Assembly (NCBI GenBank): GCA_030648835.1 | Contig: JAUSGT010000001.1 | Coordinates: 69,010 to 133,009 of the forward strand | Direction: 5' to 3' | DNA: 64,000 nt | Origin: Candidatus Moraniibacteriota bacterium | GTDB lineage: Bacteria > Patescibacteriota > Minisyncoccia > Moranbacterales > UBA1568 | Shown here: positions 30,192-38,456 of the stretch, piece by piece | Position numbering within the stretch: position 1 is the first letter of the stretch | How the letters are laid out: each line of letters begins with the position of its first letter | Notes under the pieces: model-generated | What the model was told of the DNA's origin: nothing | The model's database searches: none | What the model saw: the letters and a program-made list of their open reading frames with translations, nothing else | Position numbers and translations under genes: made by a program

Positions 30192-31586
30192 ATGGATATA
30201 CGGATTGCTCGGGAAAATATGGGGTATTTTACAAAAAAGGGAGCACTGGCATTTCGCTTTGACGCGACCGGCAAGGATGGCATGGTTGTCTCGCAGGGGA
30301 ACAAACACACCTGTGTGCTGAAGATTGATGAGTCGGAGAAAGTAACGAGACGAAAGCTTATTCTTCTCGTTCGGCGGGTGGTGTACGAGGCGCTGGCTAA
30401 AAAATACACTACCGTCGTTCTCGATTTCAAACAATTTCGTTTTCCCAAAATAGTCATTACCGATGAAGAACTGGCGGAACTCATGGCTACGAATTTTCTC
30501 ATGGCTCACTTTGCTTTCCGTGATTTTCTTACCAAACCCAAAGAAGGCTGGCCGGAAATCAAGACTATTGTTCTGACAAACGCCGGTACAAAAGAAGTGA
30601 AGGCAGGTATTGAGCGAGGAAAGATAATCGGTGAGGAAGTCAACCGTTCGCGGCATATCGCGACCATGCCGGGCGGACATATGACGCCGGAAATCCTAGC
30701 CAAGCATGCAGAAGTGTCTGTCAAAGGCTTGCCGGTCAAAGTACGGGTGCTGGGTGTCCCGGAAATGACTCGTTTGAAAATGGGAGGGGTGCTCGGCGTC
30801 GGCAAAGGATCGGATGCCAAACCGTGTTTTATTATTTTGGAATATTTTGGCGGTAAGAAAAATGAGAAGCCGGTGGTGCTGGTGGGTAAAGGTGTGACGT
30901 TCGACACCGGAGGAATCAATCTCAAGCCCAGCGACTATATTCTCGGTATGAATATGGATATGTCCGGCGGGGCAGCTGTGATTCATTCGCTAGCTGCTGC
31001 GGCACGTTTGAAACTGAAGAAAAATGTTGTGGCCCTTATTCCGGCGGTGGAAAATATGCCCTCCGGATCGAGTTATCGTCCCGGAGACATTTTGCATTCT
31101 ATGTCGGGAAAAACCATTGAAGTATTGAATACCGACGCGGAAGGGAGAATTATTTTGGCGGACGCTCTTATCTATGCGAAGCGTTATCATCCGGCACTTG
31201 TCGTGGACGTAGCGACGCTGACAGGCGCGGCCATGGGGGCGCTTGGAGAGCGTGCCTCGGCGCTCTTTACTCAGGATGAAAAATTGGAACTCCAGATACG
31301 TCATCTCGGCGAAGCCACGGGCGACTATGTGTGGCCCATGCCGCTCTGGGATGAGTATGACGATGAAGTGAAGGGGACGTTTGGTGATGTAGCCAACCTC
31401 GGCAAGACTCGTTACGGAGGGGCTGTGACGGCGGCCGTGTTTCTCAAACAATTCGTGGATAATAGCTATCCCTGGGTGCATCTTGATATCGCGCCGCGCA
31501 TGACGACCTTGCCCGATGAATTTCTCGCCAAAGGTTCTGCCGGCGCCCCGGTGAGACTCCTGGTGAAGATTCTTGAGAAATTGTAA
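30192..31586 (+). CDS. pepA: Leucyl aminopeptidase (M17)
   Basis: VGKGVTFDTGG, DMSG, NTDAEGR, ATLTGA, HLDIA. Confidence 0.95.
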   Translation: MDIRIARENMGYFTKKGALAFRFDATGKDGMVVSQGNKHTCVLKIDESEKVTRRKLILLVRRVVYEALAKKYTTVVLDFKQFRFPKIVITDEELAELMATNFLMAHFAFRDFLTKPKEGWPEIKTIVLTNAGTKEVKAGIERGKIIGEEVNRSRHIATMPGGHMTPEILAKHAEVSVKGLPVKVRVLGVPEMTRLKMGGVLGVGKGSDAKPCFIILEYFGGKKNEKPVVLVGKGVTFDTGGINLKPSDYILGMNMDMSGGAAVIHSLAAAARLKLKKNVVALIPAVENMPSGSSYRPGDILHSMSGKTIEVLNTDAEGRIILADALIYAKRYHPALVVDVATLTGAAMGALGERASALFTQDEKLELQIRHLGEATGDYVWPMPLWDEYDDEVKGTFGDVANLGKTRYGGAVTAAVFLKQFVDNSYPWVHLDIAPRMTTLPDEFLAKGSAGAPVRLLVKILEKL

Positions 31587-31602
31587 AGTAAAAAAGAAAA
31601 AT

Positions 31603-31631
31603 AAAGCCCCGGAGGATTTCCGGGGTTTTTT
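31603..31631. terminator. Bidirectional terminator
   Basis: AAAGCCCCGGA...TCCGGGGTTTTTT. Confidence 0.75.
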
Positions 31632-31660
31632 AAAAGAGACAAGACAGGGTGTTTTTCCGG

Positions 31661-32110
31661 CTATCCTTTTTTGAAAACACGGCTATTTTTTAATTGCTCC
31701 AGAGCTGCACTTTCGCCTTTCATGCGCAGAACCTCAGTGAGGAGTTGCGGATCGCCCATAACAGCTAGCTTGTCCGGAATCTCCGGCGTATGATAATGAT
31801 CCCGTAATATGGCGTAGAGCCGCAAGACATCGTTTGATAATTTTATTTCAGCCACACCCGCGTACACCTGGGCATTGGCCATGTATATTTCACTGACGGA
31901 TGCCCCCGCTTTTTCGTCTATTATTTTCTTGACGATTTCATATTCCGGCAGAGCCAGGCATCCTTCGAGCGTGTGATAAGCATCATATTCCCTATTGATA
32001 TAGGTAACATTGGAATCTTTCTTTTCTTGTGGTACCGCGGGGGTCTGCGGTTCCTTCTTATCTTCGGGAAGTTCGGAGGGGAGTTCAAAAGCTTTGGCGG
32101 GGGTTGCCAT
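31661..32110 (-). CDS. Hypothetical protein (149 aa)
   Basis: ORF with TGCTATAAT upstream on - strand; converges on terminator. Confidence 0.65.
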   Translation of the reverse strand: MATPAKAFELPSELPEDKKEPQTPAVPQEKKDSNVTYINREYDAYHTLEGCLALPEYEIVKKIIDEKAGASVSEIYMANAQVYAGVAEIKLSNDVLRLYAILRDHYHTPEIPDKLAVMGDPQLLTEVLRMKGESAALEQLKNSRVFKKG

Positions 32111-32256
32111 AGGATTTTGTATTAATGGATTGTCTTGTATTATAGCATGGACAAAAATCCTATAAGTTGTGGGTATTTGGCGTGGGCGTGGTAGGATGGG
32201 GGTATCAGAGGGGGAGATGGCGAGATATGGGTATTAAATAATTAATATTTAAAGTT

Positions 32257-32655
32257 ATGAAAGGATTCCACGCAAACATAGAAAAAGACACGCTCGAGAA
32301 CACCGACTTCCGTCGCGTGCTCTACACAGGCAAACACAGCCAGCTGGTACTGATGAGCTTGAAACCCAAAGAGGAGATCGGTCTCGAAACACATACCGAA
32401 AACGACCAGTTTTTTCGGATAGAAAAAGGCCACGGTATGTGCATCCTCGATGGCCATGAATACGCACTCGCCGACGGTTCAGCCATTGTGGTCCCGTCCG
32501 GCGCCAAGCACAATATCATCAATACGTCGGAGACAGAAGACCTCAAGCTCTATACCGTCTACTCTCCGGCACACCATAAGGACGGCATTGTCAGGGCTAC
32601 CAAAGAAGAAGCCGAAGCCAACGAAGCGGAGTTCGACGGCACAACTACCGAATAA
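32257..32655 (+). CDS. Cupin domain protein, copy 1
   Basis: EIGLETH...DQFFRIEKG...VPSGAKHNIIN...LYTVYSPAHH. Confidence 0.9.
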   Translation: MKGFHANIEKDTLENTDFRRVLYTGKHSQLVLMSLKPKEEIGLETHTENDQFFRIEKGHGMCILDGHEYALADGSAIVVPSGAKHNIINTSETEDLKLYTVYSPAHHKDGIVRATKEEAEANEAEFDGTTTE

Positions 32656-32697
32656 ATATTGGCCATTGCCAAAAATGAAAGCCAGGGGCAGGCATAA

Positions 32698-32717
32698 TAA
32701 ATATACTGAGCTGTGAA
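32698..32717 (+). repeat. Cassette-junction core copy 1 (TAAATATACTGAGCTGTGAA)
   Basis: Also at 35903, 36894, 37486, 38356. Confidence 0.9.
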
Positions 32718-32739
32718 TCGATAGAATAGTATTGATGAT

Positions 32740-32767
32740 ATTCTCACATTCTGCAGAATGTGAGAAT
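32740..32767. repeat. Perfect 28-bp palindrome, left boundary of HTH cassette
   Basis: ATTCTCACATTCTG|CAGAATGTGAGAAT. Confidence 0.9.
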
Positions 32768-32778
32768 GTTGAAAAGGT

Positions 32779-33057
32779 ATGAAGAAGGTATTGAAGACAG
32801 CCAAACAATTGGAACGGCATTTCAAGGGAGCGGCCAATCATCGCCGCATCGAGATTTTGCTTTTGCTCGCTGATGATGAGGGTATGAGTTTGGACGGGAT
32901 TGCCGAGCGGTTAGATTGCAACATCAAAACCATTTCAGAACACACACGCAAGCTGGTGCAAGCCGGCTTGGTAAACAAGGCATACAAGGGGAGATCGGTC
33001 GAACACACGCTTTCTCCGTACGGAAAATCATTCTGCCGTTTTATAAGAACATTCTGA
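32779..33057 (+). CDS. ArsR-like winged-helix regulator
   Basis: FKGAANHRRIEILLLL...IAERL...TISEHTRKLVQAGLV. Confidence 0.85.
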   Translation: MKKVLKTAKQLERHFKGAANHRRIEILLLLADDEGMSLDGIAERLDCNIKTISEHTRKLVQAGLVNKAYKGRSVEHTLSPYGKSFCRFIRTF

Positions 33058-33080
33058 CATTCTGCAGAATGTCAGAATGT
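33049..33080. repeat. Perfect 32-bp palindrome, right boundary of HTH cassette (contains its stop codon)
   Basis: ACATTCTGACATTCTG|CAGAATGTCAGAATGT. Confidence 0.9.
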
Positions 33081-33147
33081 CTGGGGTGGGTGGTTTTCGG
33101 GTGGGGGAGGTGGTAGGATGGACGTAACGAGTTAGGTAACAGGAATT

Positions 33148-34023
33148 ATGTCGGAATTCTCTCCAATTGAAGCGCTCAAAGTGCCCGTGAAGAAAGTGGC
33201 CAGGGCGGCGGAAAACGCGTTTTTTAATTATGAAAGGAATCAAAGTACTGAGGCGTCATGGGACACTCTTTTTGACAACAAAGCGGGAAAATTCCTGCGC
33301 ACCCAAGCGCTCTTCACGGTGATTCGCGATATGGTGCCGGACAGCCTCTTCGAAAAATTGACCGGGAGATTTTACAAATATCAGAAAGGTGGTCTGCCGA
33401 TTGATCCGGAGAAATATACTTTTGACGAAAAAAGGGTTGGTGGCGGTGGCGAATGCAATGTTTACAGGCTCAACTCGCTTGATTCGGATCTTCCGTCACT
33501 CGTGATCAAAATTGATCAATTCATTTCCCGCAGTACCGATAAAATGCTCACTCGGGCCAAGGCGGTAAAAAGTGAGTATGAAGAGAAAAAAGAATTATAT
33601 CGGGATCTGCCGGAATTGATTCCGGACGAGTTCCACTTTATCGGAAAAAGTCCGCGTGGGGGAAAGCCGGCCCTTCTGACGATCCAGGAGTTTCTCGGTA
33701 ATGAGAATGAAATGAGAGATCTCTTCCGAGGTATCAGTAAAGAAGAATTATTGGAAATCTTGCGGCAGAACTCTCGATTGCAGGCAGACTTTCGGAAATT
33801 TGCAGGAATTACGCTTGAGCGTGCTCGTGAAAAGGATGAGATGATCGATACTTTGGGAGACAAAAACCTGGTGCTTATACAGAGAGAAGGGAATACCTCT
33901 CTCATCTTTCTTGACCCGCATGTTACCAAGCATCCCGTTGCCGATGTGAAAGAGAGCGCGAGGATCCGGGCGGATCTCGATTATCTGGAGGGTATCGTCG
34001 CGACGCTCGATAATGGCGAGTAA
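33148..34023 (+). CDS. Hypothetical protein, probable divergent kinase-like fold
   Basis: VGGGGECNVY Gly loop, LVIK, IQEF, DTLGDKN, FLDP. Confidence 0.6.
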   Translation: MSEFSPIEALKVPVKKVARAAENAFFNYERNQSTEASWDTLFDNKAGKFLRTQALFTVIRDMVPDSLFEKLTGRFYKYQKGGLPIDPEKYTFDEKRVGGGGECNVYRLNSLDSDLPSLVIKIDQFISRSTDKMLTRAKAVKSEYEEKKELYRDLPELIPDEFHFIGKSPRGGKPALLTIQEFLGNENEMRDLFRGISKEELLEILRQNSRLQADFRKFAGITLERAREKDEMIDTLGDKNLVLIQREGNTSLIFLDPHVTKHPVADVKESARIRADLDYLEGIVATLDNGE

Positions 34024-34051
34024 TCGTCCGGGATGATAGGATGGACGTACT

Positions 34052-34669
34052 ATGAATTACAAACGCTACGATATTGTCGTCATCCCGCCAAAAGATATTA
34101 CCGAACAAGCCATCGAGATGAGCCGGGCATTGGAGCGGTTTGATTCTTTTTTCGTTCTCGATGATGAGACATTCCATCCGCACATTTCGCTCTACCATGC
34201 GCCCTTCGACGAGTCAGCGCTCGAAACCGTGATTGCTGTAGTGGGAGACATCGCGGCCGCTACGCAGTCATTTTTGTTACAGCAGGAAACGTATTATCCG
34301 GATCAAGGAGTATGGGTCGGAGTGCGCTATGTCGTCGACAAAGCCATTCTCGATCTGCATACCGCTGTCATCGAAGCGACGAAAGGCTATCGTGTGATAG
34401 AGGATGACGCCCGCTACAAGGCGCGCTGGGCGGATCTCGGCCCGCAGCAACGAAAAAACATAGAGGATTGCGGCTGGCCGGATGCCTTTACCGCTTATTT
34501 TCCGCATATCAGCTTTACGAAACTGAAGCAACCGAAAGCGGATGTCCTCGCCCATCTCCCGCAACACGACTTCTCATTTCTTGCCGACCATATCGGTTTG
34601 TATGAACTGGGGGCAGACGGGACATGCGCCAAGCTCGTGGCGGACTTCCGGCTTGAAAAGAGGGACTGA
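34052..34669 (+). CDS. 2H phosphoesterase (2'-5' RNA ligase-like)
   Basis: Two HxS motifs: PHISL and PHISF. Confidence 0.8.
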   Translation: MNYKRYDIVVIPPKDITEQAIEMSRALERFDSFFVLDDETFHPHISLYHAPFDESALETVIAVVGDIAAATQSFLLQQETYYPDQGVWVGVRYVVDKAILDLHTAVIEATKGYRVIEDDARYKARWADLGPQQRKNIEDCGWPDAFTAYFPHISFTKLKQPKADVLAHLPQHDFSFLADHIGLYELGADGTCAKLVADFRLEKRD

Positions 34670-34784
34670 AGGGGAGTTATAGTTCCTATATATAGTTATT
34701 GGCAATAAATGTGTAGGTTACTGTATATTTAGGTAGATTTACATACTACTTGTGTAGATTTAGATCGTATGATAGTATCATTAT

Positions 34785-35504
34785 ATGGAAGAAGAATTAC
34801 TTACAATCGGTCAAGCTGCTGAATATCTTGGGGTCGCTCTGAACACGTTACGTCGTTGGGACGAAAGTGGTAAATTGGTTGCGATCAAAAAGGATGGTGG
34901 CACTCATCGATATTATCGTGAGAAAGACTTGGAAATTTTTGCCAGTGATTTGATGATGTTTGCTTCTGGGTGGATCGAGAGCGGAGTTGAGTTTCCAGGG
35001 ACATTCTATTGTTCGACCAGCTCGATTTTCAATGCCAGACTGACGAAAATGGAGTACGTGCTCATGCAGAAGCCGGGATTTGAAAAATTATATTCCTTGA
35101 TTGTTCTCGTTACCGGAGAGATTGGTGACAATTCGTTTGCTCACAACTTGGGGAAGTGGCCGGATACAGCAGGAATTTTTTTCGGTTACGACCTAGAGAA
35201 GCGGATCATTGTCCTGGCTGATCGAGGACTGGGTGTATTGGAGACGTTGTGCCAGGTGCGTCCAGACCTTCCGAGTCATGTGGCGGCGGTGGAAGTTGCC
35301 TTTACCGAATTTATTTCTGGCCGGGCACCGGAAAAGCGAGGTAACGGACTGAAACTCGTTCGCGAGGTCGTCACGGATCAGCCAATTGATTTATTTTATA
35401 CCAGCGGGGATGCCGAGGTGCGCATGCAAGGCGCGGATAAAGTGTTTCGTGTTACGCGCGGGCAACATATCTTGAGGGGATGTTTAGCAAAGATAGAATT
35501 TTAA
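34785..35504 (+). CDS. MerR/excisionase-type HTH fused to HATPase-like domain
   Basis: LLTIGQAAEYLGVALNTLRRWD; EIGDNSFAH, LADRGLG, RGNGL. Confidence 0.8.
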   Translation: MEEELLTIGQAAEYLGVALNTLRRWDESGKLVAIKKDGGTHRYYREKDLEIFASDLMMFASGWIESGVEFPGTFYCSTSSIFNARLTKMEYVLMQKPGFEKLYSLIVLVTGEIGDNSFAHNLGKWPDTAGIFFGYDLEKRIIVLADRGLGVLETLCQVRPDLPSHVAAVEVAFTEFISGRAPEKRGNGLKLVREVVTDQPIDLFYTSGDAEVRMQGADKVFRVTRGQHILRGCLAKIEF

Positions 35505-35521
35505 TCCATTGTAAAAAGCAT

Positions 35522-35812
35522 ATGAAATTACAGCTAGAAAAATTTGGCACGACGCTCATATCGCGGGAATTGGGGAGCGAGGCCTTCAAGGCATTCCAGT
35601 CGACTCTGCGCGAGCTTTCTCCTGATGAAGAGCTAGAAATAGATTTTTCTGGTGTACTGACATTGTCACCGTCATGGGCTGATGAATTTTTAAGTCCATT
35701 GCTGAATCAATTGGGTGACAGATTAATTCTTTTACCGAGTGACAATCTTTCAGTACACGCAACGCTCCGAATTCTTCAAGAGGCTAATAAGCAGAGTTTT
35801 ACGATGAAGTAA
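35522..35812 (+). CDS. STAS-like (DUF4325-type) protein
   Basis: LISRELG...IDFSGV..LSPSWADE. Confidence 0.8.
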   Translation: MKLQLEKFGTTLISRELGSEAFKAFQSTLRELSPDEELEIDFSGVLTLSPSWADEFLSPLLNQLGDRLILLPSDNLSVHATLRILQEANKQSFTMK

Positions 35813-35902
35813 TGTACCCCGCCCGCCGTGCTTGCTCTGTGAAATTGCAAAGCACCGACGGAGTCGGATTCCGCTTCGGAAAAAAGCCAAGAGCAGACAG
35901 AG

Positions 35903-35945
35903 TAAATATACTGAGCAGTGAAGTATTAAGGACTGGAAGAAATAA
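35903..35945 (+). repeat. Junction core copy 2 plus abrB 3'-end fragment
   Basis: TAAATATACTGAGCAGTGAA + GTATTAAGGACTGGAAGAAATAA. Confidence 0.9.
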
Positions 35946-35949
35946 GAAT

Positions 35950-36591
35950 ATGGCGTATATCTTTCTTGATGAAAGTGGTGATTTGGGGTTTGACTTCAAA
36001 AAGAAGGGCACTTCCAAGTTTTTTATTGTTACCATTCTCTTTACCGAAGACTCCAGAGGAGGGATTGAAAAGGTGGTGAAGAAAACACATTCAGAACTTG
36101 CGAAGAAATTCAAAAGACGTGTTGGTACATTGCATGCGGTTCAAGAAAAGCCCATTACCCGTACCCGTTTTCTGAAACGGATTGCCGAGAAGGAATGTGG
36201 TGTTATGGCTATTTATCTCAACAAGAAGAAGGTACATACGCATCTCCAGGACGAAAAACAAGTGCTTTACAATTACGTGACCAATATTCTCTTAGATAGA
36301 ATCTATACGAAAAAAATTCTTTCCCCGGATCTTGTCATAGAGCTCATCGCATCTCGGCGCGAAACCAACAAGTTTCTTAATGAAAACTTCAAAGATTACT
36401 TGAGCCGGCAAATAAAGAATAACCACAAAGGTCTTATGAAAATTTCCATTAAAACACCGGCTGAAGAGAAGTGTCTTCAGGCAGTAGACTTTCTGAGTTG
36501 GGCAATTTTTCGTAAATATGAGCGCGGAGATGAAAGTTACTACAATCTTTTCAAGAGAAAAATCATCGAGGAGAATCCTTTATTTCCGTAA
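35950..36591 (+). CDS. DUF3800 family protein (RNase H-like)
   Basis: YIFLDESGDLG N-terminus; LQAVDFLSWA C-terminal QxxD motif. Confidence 0.85.
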   Translation: MAYIFLDESGDLGFDFKKKGTSKFFIVTILFTEDSRGGIEKVVKKTHSELAKKFKRRVGTLHAVQEKPITRTRFLKRIAEKECGVMAIYLNKKKVHTHLQDEKQVLYNYVTNILLDRIYTKKILSPDLVIELIASRRETNKFLNENFKDYLSRQIKNNHKGLMKISIKTPAEEKCLQAVDFLSWAIFRKYERGDESYYNLFKRKIIEENPLFP

Positions 36592-36657
36592 AAACAAAAC
36601 CTCGTACGCTGTCTAGAGCAACCATCCGGAAGCCCACGTACGAGGATTTACTTGTAT
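36591..36657 (-). ncRNA. Candidate small RNA convergent with the DUF3800 gene
   Basis: - strand TTGACA-17-TACAAT (36692-36664); 9-bp stem CCTCGTACG/CGTACGAGG; ends in TTTTGTTTT. Confidence 0.6.
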
Positions 36658-36893
36658 GCCTGTATTGTAGTAAATAAAACAAGACTTGTCAAGGGAAGGG
36701 GGCTGACGTATTTTTGCGTAAAAAATGGAATATTTTGGCTTGTTTTCTTTACGGAAGGGGGCATTTGGAGTAGATTGGTGATAGGTTTATCCCGCTTGCC
36801 GCGTTGCTGTACGAGATAGTCATGAATTTTCGGATTATACGGTAAAAGTATTGAGTTTATTCATTTTCCGTAAAAAGCCAAGAGCAGACAGAG

Positions 36894-36964
36894 TAAATAT
36901 ACTGAGCAGTGAATCCATAGAATAGTATTGATGATATTCTCACATTCTGCAGAATGTCAGAATG
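36894..36964 (+). repeat. Junction core copy 3 plus empty (hybrid) HTH-cassette site
   Basis: Matches 32698-32753 then switches to match 33065 onward. Confidence 0.9.
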
Positions 36965-37044
36965 ATTGGGTGGGTGGGGGGAGGTGGTATGATGGGTGTA
37001 CCAGAGGGGAAGATTCGTGTATTAAATAATAATATTTCAATACT

Positions 37045-37443
37045 ATGAAAGGATTCAACACACACATAGAAAAAGATACGCTCGAGAACACCGACTTCCG
37101 TCGCGTGCTTTACACAGGCTCGCACAGCCAGCTGGTATTGATGAGTTTGAAACCCAAAGAGGAGATCGGCCTCGAAACACATACCGGAAACGACCAGTTT
37201 TTTCGGATAGAAAAAGGCCACGGCATGTGCATCATCGACGGCCATGAGTATGCACTCGCCGATGGTTCGGCTATCGTGGTCCCGTCCGGCGCCAAACACA
37301 ATATCATCAACACGTCGGAGACAGAAGACCTCAAGCTCTATACCGTCTACTCTCCGGCGCACCATAAGGACGGCATTGTCAGGGCTACCAAAGAAGAAGC
37401 CGAAGCCAACGAAGCGGAGTTCGACGGCACAACAACCGAATAA
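37045..37443 (+). CDS. Cupin domain protein, copy 2
   Basis: 6 of 132 aa differ from copy 1. Confidence 0.9.
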   Translation: MKGFNTHIEKDTLENTDFRRVLYTGSHSQLVLMSLKPKEEIGLETHTGNDQFFRIEKGHGMCIIDGHEYALADGSAIVVPSGAKHNIINTSETEDLKLYTVYSPAHHKDGIVRATKEEAEANEAEFDGTTTE

Positions 37444-37485
37444 ATATTGGCCACTGCCAAAAATGAAAGCCAAGGGCAGGCATGA

Positions 37486-37528
37486 TAAATATACTGAGCT
37501 GTGAAGTATTAAGGATTGGAAGAAATAA
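37486..37528 (+). repeat. Junction core copy 4 plus abrB 3'-end fragment
   Basis: TAAATATACTGAGCTGTGAA + GTATTAAGGATTGGAAGAAATAA. Confidence 0.9.
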
Positions 37529-37532
37529 AATT

Positions 37533-38018
37533 ATGAAAAAAACTAGTAGCAAGGGGATTGTTGGCGTATCTGGTGAATATTTTGTGGCTGCGGAACTTTC
37601 TCAGCGAGGCATTGTGGCTACCTTGACTCTCAAAAACACTCCCTATATCGACATACTTGCCACAAACTTAGAAAAGGGCACAACCGCCAACATTCAGGTG
37701 AAAACTATGTCTGTCGATAACAATGCTGGTTGGAGATTGGGGGAAAAAGATGGATTGCCTTCAAATATAAAGAATCACTTTTATGTGCTCGTTGATTTAC
37801 ATGGACCTGGTAAATTGCCCGAATATATAATCATACCCAAGAAAGTATTAGCAGATTTTATAAATAAGGGTCATGCTGAATGGCTTTTAGGAAAAAAGAA
37901 GGATGGCTCCTCTAGAAAAAATACTGGCGTTAGAGTTTTTGATCCAAACAGAAAAGTGTCTACTCGAAAATTTGCCGAAAAATACGTAAATAATTGGAGC
38001 ATATTAGATTTGTGGTAG
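37533..38018 (+). CDS. PD-(D/E)XK-type nuclease
   Basis: GEYFVAAELSQRG...IDIL...IQVKT. Confidence 0.75.
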   Translation: MKKTSSKGIVGVSGEYFVAAELSQRGIVATLTLKNTPYIDILATNLEKGTTANIQVKTMSVDNNAGWRLGEKDGLPSNIKNHFYVLVDLHGPGKLPEYIIIPKKVLADFINKGHAEWLLGKKKDGSSRKNTGVRVFDPNRKVSTRKFAEKYVNNWSILDLW

Positions 38019-38026
38019 TAAAAGTT

Positions 38027-38374
38027 ATGGATAAGATAAAAGATTTGACTAAAAGAATACTAGCTTTCCGCAATGCTCGGGACTGGAAGCAATTTCACAA
38101 TCCGAAAGACGTGGCGCTCTCGCTGGTTTTGGAAGCGGCGGAGGTTATGGAACATTTCCAGTGGAAGAACCCGGCGGAAATTGAAGAGTATGTAAAAAAG
38201 CATAAGAAAGATATAGGCGAAGAATTGGCTGATGTTTTCAATTGGGTGTTGCTGCTGAGTCATGATTTGGGGATAGATATTGTAGAAGCGGCCAAAAAGA
38301 AAGTTAAAAAGAACGAAAAAAAGTACCCCGTAGAAAAAGCCAAAGGCAGGCATGATAAATATACTGAGCAGTGA
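38027..38374 (+). CDS. MazG-like nucleotide pyrophosphohydrolase; 3' end is junction core copy 5 (38356-38375)
   Basis: RDWKQFHNPKD, EAAEVMEHFQW, EELADV, KNEKKYP. Confidence 0.9.
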   Translation: MDKIKDLTKRILAFRNARDWKQFHNPKDVALSLVLEAAEVMEHFQWKNPAEIEEYVKKHKKDIGEELADVFNWVLLLSHDLGIDIVEAAKKKVKKNEKKYPVEKAKGRHDKYTEQ

Positions 38375-38420
38375 ATTGATTACCTCGCTGAGCAGGATTT
38401 CGCTAGGAATGTTAGGATAT

Positions 38421-38451
38421 ACGTAACGAGTTACGTAACAGGTTACATAAC
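38421..38451. promoter_or_regulatory. Alternating GTAAC/GTTAC repeats, probable AbrB-family operator
   Basis: ACGTAACGAGTTACGTAACAGGTTACATAAC; partial copy at 33122-33143. Confidence 0.55.
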
Positions 38452-38456
38452 AAACT

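Noticed and set aside
35812-35949. N-terminal extensions given by the ORF track for DUF3800 (35812), the nuclease (37482), ftsL (50745) and rfbB (55613)
   Set aside because: They translate junction repeats or palindromes; downstream ATGs fit the family N-termini
32257-37443. Cupin copies as DGR template/variable repeats
   Set aside because: Differences include C/T and other non-adenine changes, both copies are intact genes, and no reverse transcriptase is present
32698-38375. Five 20-bp direct repeats as a CRISPR array
   Set aside because: Spacing is 0.6-3.2 kb with whole genes between; no cas genes
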